Position numbers and translations under genes: made by a program. Below, piece after piece: positions 26,906 to 32,441 of a DNA stretch of 32,441 nt. Under the pieces are notes generated by a model that worked only from the letters and a program-made list of their open reading frames with translations, was not told where the DNA came from and did not search any database. This stretch comes from a virus (lineage: Duplodnaviria > Heunggongvirae > Uroviricota > Caudoviricetes): the IMG/VR virus record IMGVR_UViG_2541047895_000011; one strand, 5' to 3'. Position 1 is the stretch's first letter, and the number at the start of each line of letters is the position of its first letter.

Positions 26906-29345
26906 CAATGTAAAATTACAGGTATTGCTCAGGGCTGTTGACCAGGCATCCCGCCCGTTTAAATCCATCCGCACAGCGAGTAAGTCGCTGTCGGGGGATA
27001 TCCGGGAAACACAAAAATCACTGCGCGAGCTGAACGGTCACGCATCCCGTATTGAGGGATTCCGCAAGACCAGTGCGCAGCTCGCCGTGACTGGTCATGC
27101 ACTTGAAAAGGCACGGCAGGAAGCCGAAGCCCTTGCCACACAGTTTAAAAACACCGAACGTCCGACCCGTGCTCAGGCGAAAGTGCTGGAATCCGCAAAG
27201 CGAGCGGCGGAGGACTTACAGGCGAAATATAACCGCCTGACGGATTCCGTTAAACGCCAGCAGCGGGAACTGGCCGCTGTGGGAATTAATACCCGCAATC
27301 TTGCACATGATGAGCAGGGACTGAAAAACCGTATCAGTGAAACCACAGCACAGCTTAACCGTCAGCGCGACGCGCTGGCGCGTGTCAGTGCGCAACAGGC
27401 AAAACTTAACGCAGTAAAACAGCGTTATCAGGCCGGAAAGGAACTGGCCGGAAATATGGCCTCAGTGGGCGCTGCCGGTGTGGGGATTGCTGCTGCGGGA
27501 ACGATGGCCGGAGTTAAGCTGCTGATGCCCGGTTATGAGTTTGCGCAGAAAAACTCAGCATTGCAGGCCGTGCTCGGAGTGGCAAAAGACTCCGCCGAAA
27601 TGGCCGCGCTCCGCAAACAGGCGCGCCAGCTCGGCGACAACACCGCCGCCTCGGCGGACGATGCAGCCGGTGCGCAGATTATCATTGCGAAAGCGGGTGG
27701 AGATGCTGCGGCTATTCAGGCGGCAACGCCGGTCACGCTGAATATGGCACTGGCGAATCAGCGGTCGATGGAAGAAAACGCGCAACTGTTGCTGGGGACT
27801 AAGGCATCCTTTCAACTGTCAAATGATGATGTCAGCCATGTGGGCGACGTGTTGTCGGCAACGATGAATAAGTCGGCGGCTGATTTTCAGGGACTCAGTG
27901 ATGCACTGACTTACCTCGGTCCGGTTGCGAGGACGGCAGGTGTAAGTCTTGAGCAGGCAGCGGCCATGACAGGTGTGCTGCATGACAATAACATCAGGGG
28001 GTCAATGGCGGGTACGGGGAGTAGTGCCGTTGTCACCCGATTACAGGCTCCGACAGGGAAAGCATGGGAAGCACTAAAAGAGCTTGGCGTTAAAACCTCG
28101 GACAAAAAGGGAAATATGCGTCCGTTGTTCACCATTCTGAAAGAGATTCAGGCCAGCTTTGATAAACACAAGCTGGGAACGTCTCAGAAGGGGGAATACC
28201 TTAAAACCATTTTTGGTGAGGAAGCCCTGAAATCAGCGAACGTTTTACTGGCAGCGGCTGCAAGCGGAAAACTGGATAAGCTGACCGCCACGCTGAAAGC
28301 CTCGGACGGTAAAACGGAAGAGCTGGTTAAAATCATGCAGGATAACCTCGGCGGTGACTTTAAGGAGTTTCAGTCTGCTTATGAGGCGGTGGGGACAGAC
28401 CTGTTTGACCAGCAGGAAGGCGCACTGCGTAAGCTCACTCAGACGGCCACAAAGTATGTGTTAAAACTCGACGGCTGGATCCAGAAAAACAAATCACTGG
28501 CGTCAACCATCGGCCTCATTGTCGGTAGCGCACTGGCGCTTACTGGCATCATCGGTGCCATTGGTCTTGTAGCCTGGCCGGTTATCACCGGCATCAATGC
28601 CATTATCGCGGCAGCAGGCGCAATGGGGGCAATCTTCACGACGGTTGGCAGTGCTGTTATGACGGCCATCGGGGCGATTAGCTGGCCGGTTGTGGCCGTG
28701 GTGGCCGCCATTGTCGCCGGGGCGTTGCTTATCCGTAAATACTGGGAGCCTGTCAGCGCATTCTTTGGCGGTGTGGTTGAAGGGCTGAAAGCGGCATTTG
28801 CGCCGGTGGGGGAACTGTTCACGCCACTGAAGCCGGTGTTTGACTGGCTGGGCGAAAAGTTACAGGCCGCGTGGCAGTGGTTTAAAAACCTGATTGCCCC
28901 CGTCAAAGCCACCCAGGACACCCTGAACCGTTGCCGTGACACGGGCGTCATGTTCGGGCAGGCACTGGCTGACGCGTTGATGCTGCCGCTTAATGCGTTC
29001 AACAAACTGCGCAGTGGTATTGACTGGGTACTGGAAAAACTCGGTGTTATCAACAAAGAGTCAGACACACTTGACCAGACCGCCGCAAGGACTCATGCCG
29101 CCACGTATGGCACCGGTGGTTATATTCCGGCGACCAGCTCTTATGCAGGCTATCAGGCTTATCAGCCGGTCACGGCACCGGCTGGCCGCTCTTATGTGGA
29201 CCAGAGTAAAAACGAATATCACATCAGCCTGACGGGTGGTACTGCGCCGGGGACACAGCTTGACCGCCAGTTACAGGATGCGCTCGAAAAATACGAGCGG
29301 GATAAACGTGCGCGCGCCCGTGCCAGCATGATGCATGACGGTTAA
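26898..29345 (+). CDS. T: Tail tape measure protein, P2 gpT-like
   Basis: 815 aa, identical in length to P2 T; coiled-coil N-terminal part, Gly/Ala-rich hydrophobic central segment. Confidence 0.9.
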   Translation: MSNNVKLQVLLRAVDQASRPFKSIRTASKSLSGDIRETQKSLRELNGHASRIEGFRKTSAQLAVTGHALEKARQEAEALATQFKNTERPTRAQAKVLESAKRAAEDLQAKYNRLTDSVKRQQRELAAVGINTRNLAHDEQGLKNRISETTAQLNRQRDALARVSAQQAKLNAVKQRYQAGKELAGNMASVGAAGVGIAAAGTMAGVKLLMPGYEFAQKNSALQAVLGVAKDSAEMAALRKQARQLGDNTAASADDAAGAQIIIAKAGGDAAAIQAATPVTLNMALANQRSMEENAQLLLGTKASFQLSNDDVSHVGDVLSATMNKSAADFQGLSDALTYLGPVARTAGVSLEQAAAMTGVLHDNNIRGSMAGTGSSAVVTRLQAPTGKAWEALKELGVKTSDKKGNMRPLFTILKEIQASFDKHKLGTSQKGEYLKTIFGEEALKSANVLLAAAASGKLDKLTATLKASDGKTEELVKIMQDNLGGDFKEFQSAYEAVGTDLFDQQEGALRKLTQTATKYVLKLDGWIQKNKSLASTIGLIVGSALALTGIIGAIGLVAWPVITGINAIIAAAGAMGAIFTTVGSAVMTAIGAISWPVVAVVAAIVAGALLIRKYWEPVSAFFGGVVEGLKAAFAPVGELFTPLKPVFDWLGEKLQAAWQWFKNLIAPVKATQDTLNRCRDTGVMFGQALADALMLPLNAFNKLRSGIDWVLEKLGVINKESDTLDQTAARTHAATYGTGGYIPATSSYAGYQAYQPVTAPAGRSYVDQSKNEYHISLTGGTAPGTQLDRQLQDALEKYERDKRARARASMMHDG

Positions 29346-29416
29346 GGAGGTGACGAAAAATGATGCTCGCGTTAGGTATGTTTGTTTTTATGCGCCAGAC
29401 GCTGCCACACTAGACC

Positions 29417-29839
29417 ATGCAGCGTGAATCAGATTATCGCTGGCCGTCAAATTCCCGTATCGGCAAACGGGATGCCTTTCAATTTCTCGGTGTGGGTGAG
29501 GAAAACATCACGCTGGCCGGTGTGCTTTATCCCGAACTGACCGGCGGCAAGCTGACGATGACCACGCTCAGGCTGATGGCAGAGGAAGGTCGGGCGTGGC
29601 CGTTGCTGGATGGCACCGGCATGATTTACGGCATGTATGTCATCAGTAAGGTGAGTGAAACAGGGAGTATTTTCTTTGCAGACGGCACACCCCGAAAAAT
29701 TGATTTTACGCTGTCGCTCACCCGCGTTGATGAATCACTGGCCGCGCTTTATGGCGATATCGGTAAACAGGCGGAATCGCTCATCGGTAAGGCTGGCAGT
29801 ATGGCGACTAAATTCACGGGTATGACGGAGGCGGGATAA
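29417..29839 (+). CDS. U: Tail protein U-like; C-terminal 140 codons of a 159-codon frame interrupted by an in-frame TAG at 29411..29413
   Basis: Track ORF starts at the ATG at 29417; a strong AAGGAGG Shine-Dalgarno at 29344..29350 serves an upstream in-frame ATG at 29360 (MMLALGMFVFMRQTLPH-stop-TMQRESD...); 29360..29839 would give 159 aa, the size of P2 U. Confidence 0.8.
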   Translation: MQRESDYRWPSNSRIGKRDAFQFLGVGEENITLAGVLYPELTGGKLTMTTLRLMAEEGRAWPLLDGTGMIYGMYVISKVSETGSIFFADGTPRKIDFTLSLTRVDESLAALYGDIGKQAESLIGKAGSMATKFTGMTEAG

Positions 29840-31002
29840 TGCTGGATGCGCTGACATTTGATGCAGGCAGTACGCTGACGCCGGATTATATGCTGATGCT
29901 CGACAGCAGGGATATTACCGGCAATATCAGCGACCGTCTGATGAGCATGACCCTGACCGATAACCGGGGCTTTGAGGCTGACCAGCTTGATATTGAACTG
30001 AACGATGCCGACGGGCAGGTCGAGCTGCCGATTCGTGGCGCTGTCCTGACGGTGTATATCGGCTGGAAAGGTTTTGCCCTGGTATGCAAAGGGAAATTTA
30101 CCGTTGATGAGGTTGAACACCGGGGCGCGCCGGATGTGGTCACCATCCGCGCCCGGAGTGCAGATTTTCGCGGGACGCTCAATTCCCGCCGTGAAGGCTC
30201 ATGGCATGCCACCACACTCGGTGCGATTGTTGAGGCGATAGCCTCCCGTAACAAGCTGGAAGCCAGTGTTGCTCCGTCACTGGCCGGAATTAAAATCCCG
30301 CACATCGACCAGTCGCAGGAGTCCGATGCGAAATTCCTGACCCGCCTTGCTGAACGCAACGGCGGTGAGGTGTCGGTAAAAATGGGAAAACTGTTGTTTC
30401 TCAAAGCGGGGCAGGGGGTGACGGCCAGCGGTAAAAAAATCCCGCAGATTACCATCACCCGCAGCGACGGCGACCGTCATCATTTTGCGATTGCTGACCG
30501 TGGAGCTTACACCGGCGTAACGGCAAAGTGGTTACACACCAAAGACCCGAAGCCACAAAAGCAGAAGGTAAAACTGAAACGCAAAAAGAAAGAGAAACAC
30601 CTGCGCGCACTGGAGCACCCGAAAGCGAAACCGGTCACGCAGAAGAAAGCGCCAAAAGTACCGGAAGCGCGCGAAGGTGAATACATGGCCGGTGAGGCTG
30701 ACAATGTTTTTGCCCTGACCACGGTATATGCCACGAAAGCGCAGGCCATGCGCGCCGCTCAGGCGAAGTGGGATAAACTGCAACGGGGTGTAGCGGAGTT
30801 CTCCATCAGTCTGGCTACTGGTCGGGCAGATATTTACACGGAAACGCCGGTCAAAGTGTCAGGTTTTAAGCGCGTCATAGACGAGCAGGACTGGACAATC
30901 ACTAAGGTGACACACTTTCTGAATAATAGCGGCTTCACGACGTCCTTAGAGCTTGAGGTCAGGCTTTCTGATGTGGAGTACGAAACAGAAGATGATGAGT
31001 GA
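29839..31002 (+). CDS. D: Tail protein D-like (late tail/baseplate protein)
   Basis: 387 aa, identical in length to P2 D; follows U. Confidence 0.9.
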   Translation: MLDALTFDAGSTLTPDYMLMLDSRDITGNISDRLMSMTLTDNRGFEADQLDIELNDADGQVELPIRGAVLTVYIGWKGFALVCKGKFTVDEVEHRGAPDVVTIRARSADFRGTLNSRREGSWHATTLGAIVEAIASRNKLEASVAPSLAGIKIPHIDQSQESDAKFLTRLAERNGGEVSVKMGKLLFLKAGQGVTASGKKIPQITITRSDGDRHHFAIADRGAYTGVTAKWLHTKDPKPQKQKVKLKRKKKEKHLRALEHPKAKPVTQKKAPKVPEAREGEYMAGEADNVFALTTVYATKAQAMRAAQAKWDKLQRGVAEFSISLATGRADIYTETPVKVSGFKRVIDEQDWTITKVTHFLNNSGFTTSLELEVRLSDVEYETEDDE

Positions 31003-31083
31003 TGTTTATTATTTATCTATTTGTTTTATAAGGATAAATTAACTAAAATGGCACCATCAACAAAACCGGAAGAGGTGCTCGCG

Positions 31084-31302
31084 ATGTTTCATTGTCCTTT
31101 ATGCCAGCATGCCGCACATGCGCGTACAAGCCGCTATATCACTGACACGACAAAAGAGCGTTATCACCAGTGTCAGAACGTGAATTGCAGTGCCACGTTC
31201 ATCACTTATGAGTCGGTACAGCGATACATCGTGAAGCCGGGAGAAGTCCACGCCGTAAGGCCGCACCCGTTGCCGTCAGGGCAGCAAATTATGTGGATGT
31301 GA
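31084..31302 (+). CDS. ogr: Late-gene transcriptional activator Ogr (Cys4 zinc finger)
   Basis: Track ORF 31021..31302; the ATG at 31084 gives 72 aa (MFHCPLCQHAAHARTSRYI ... CQNVNCSATF), matching P2 Ogr in size and in its CxxC ... CxxxxC arrangement. Confidence 0.85.
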   Translation: MFHCPLCQHAAHARTSRYITDTTKERYHQCQNVNCSATFITYESVQRYIVKPGEVHAVRPHPLPSGQQIMWM

Positions 31303-31313
31303 TCACAAAAATA

Positions 31314-31338
31314 GCCCCTCAGTTGAGGGGCTTTATTT
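31314..31338 (+). terminator. Rho-independent terminator after ogr
   Basis: Hairpin GCCCCTC-AGTT-GAGGGGC followed by TTTATTT. Confidence 0.7.
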
Positions 31339-31430
31339 ATGGTCGATGTGGACGCTATGTGGACAGTGCTTGATATAAATCCATTTATATCATCATGTTA
31401 GGTGCTTTTTTGTGACACCATCCCTGTCTT

Positions 31431-31457
31431 CCCCCACATGATGTGGGGGTTTTTTTT
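31431..31457 (+). terminator. Rho-independent terminator in the attR/host junction region
   Basis: Hairpin CCCCCACA-TGA-TGTGGGGG followed by eight T; about 80 bp upstream of fieF. Confidence 0.55.
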
Positions 31458-31538
31458 ATCCTCAATTTGCCTGCTGCTTAATGCATTGCAGATGATTTGC
31501 TTCCGTTATACTACCGTCAGTTGATAGCGGGAGTATTT

Positions 31539-32441
31539 ATGAATCAATCTTATGGACGGCTGGTCAGTCGGGCGGCGATTGCTGCGACGGCGATGGCTTC
31601 GCTGCTATTGCTGATTAAAATTTTTGCATGGTGGTATACCGGGTCGGTGAGTATTCTCGCCGCGCTGGTGGATTCGCTGGTGGATATCGGCGCGTCGTTG
31701 ACGAATTTACTGGTGGTGCGATATTCCCTGCAACCTGCCGACGATAATCACTCGTTTGGTCACGGTAAAGCTGAGTCCCTCGCGGCGCTGGCGCAAAGTA
31801 TGTTTATCTCCGGTTCGGCACTATTCCTGTTTTTGACGGGTATTCAACATCTGGTATCTCCAACACCGATGACAGATCCAGGCGTCGGGGTTATCGTGAC
31901 AATTGTGGCGCTAATTTGTACGATTATCCTTGTCTCGTTTCAGCGTTGGGTGGTGCGCCGGACGCAAAGCCAGGCGGTGCGGGCTGATATGCTACATTAC
32001 CAGTCTGATGTTATGATGAACGGCGCAATTCTGCTGGCGCTGGGGTTGTCCTGGTACGGCTGGCATCGCGCCGATGCTCTGTTTGCATTGGGGATCGGCA
32101 TCTATATTTTATATAGCGCGTTACGCATGGGATATGAGGCGGTACAGTCATTACTGGATCGCGCATTGCCTGATGAGGAACGGCAAGAAATTATTGATAT
32201 CGTGACTTCCTGGCCGGGTGTTAGCGGCGCTCACGATCTTCGCACGCGGCAGTCAGGGCCGACCCGCTTTATTCAGATTCATTTGGAAATGGAAGACTCT
32301 CTGCCTTTGGTTCAGGCACATATGGTGGCGGATCAGGTAGAGCAGGCTATTTTACGGCGTTTTCCGGGATCGGATGTGATTATCCATCAGGACCCCTGTT
32401 CCGTCGTACCCAGGGAGGGTAAACGGTCTATGCTTTCATAA
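31539..32441 (+). CDS. fieF: Cation-diffusion facilitator, ferrous-iron/zinc efflux pump FieF (YiiP)
   Basis: Track ORF 31497..32441; the ATG at 31539 with a GGAG Shine-Dalgarno gives 300 aa beginning [53 protein letters not shown], which I recognise as enterobacterial FieF; marks the host flank. Confidence 0.9.
   Translation: MNQSYGRLVSRAAIAATAMASLLLLIKIFAWWYTGSVSILAALVDSLVDIGASLTNLLVVRYSLQPADDNHSFGHGKAESLAALAQSMFISGSALFLFLTGIQHLVSPTPMTDPGVGVIVTIVALICTIILVSFQRWVVRRTQSQAVRADMLHYQSDVMMNGAILLALGLSWYGWHRADALFALGIGIYILYSALRMGYEAVQSLLDRALPDEERQEIIDIVTSWPGVSGAHDLRTRQSGPTRFIQIHLEMEDSLPLVQAHMVADQVEQAILRRFPGSDVIIHQDPCSVVPREGKRSMLS

Noticed and set aside
27555-29068. Minus-strand ORFs (86, 74 and 209 aa) and short plus-strand ORFs inside the tape-measure gene
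   Set aside because: Embedded in or antisense to the 815-aa T gene; Ala/Thr-rich low-complexity translations of the opposite strand of a Gly/Ala-rich coding region.
31303-31496. Looked for a tRNA gene or the P2 27-bp attachment core at the right junction
   Set aside because: No cloverleaf-like tRNA signature or recognisable core was seen; without the left end the att repeat cannot be defined.

Overview
This window is a nearly complete P2-like (Peduovirus-type) prophage in an Escherichia/Shigella-type chromosome, ending at the host gene fieF (31539..32441). The backbone matches P2 in gene order and protein sizes: int, C/cox switch, early operon (B, four small ORFs, A), cos, Q-P, O-N-M-L, X, lysis cassette Y-K-lysA-lysB-lysC, tail and baseplate genes R-S-V-W-J-I-H-G, FI-FII-E/E'-T-U-D, then ogr. 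All calls are by eye from the sequence and the ORF track; no database search was run. Where P2 carries tin/old (between A and cos), this prophage instead has an AT-rich three-gene cargo (5931..8831): a Dcm-family C5-cytosine methyltransferase convergent with a two-gene operon encoding a DUF262/ParB-like protein and a HEPN-like protein. This is the best candidate for a previously undescribed anti-phage or restriction-like system. Other notable points are a second AT-rich cargo ORF at the Z/fun position (23777..24370), six tandem 132-bp in-frame repeats in tail-fibre gene H, an in-frame TAG at codon 18 of tail gene U, and a C repressor with a divergent N-terminus flanked by two palindromic 10-bp candidate operators. 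The left attachment site lies outside the window and the attR core could not be pinpointed.
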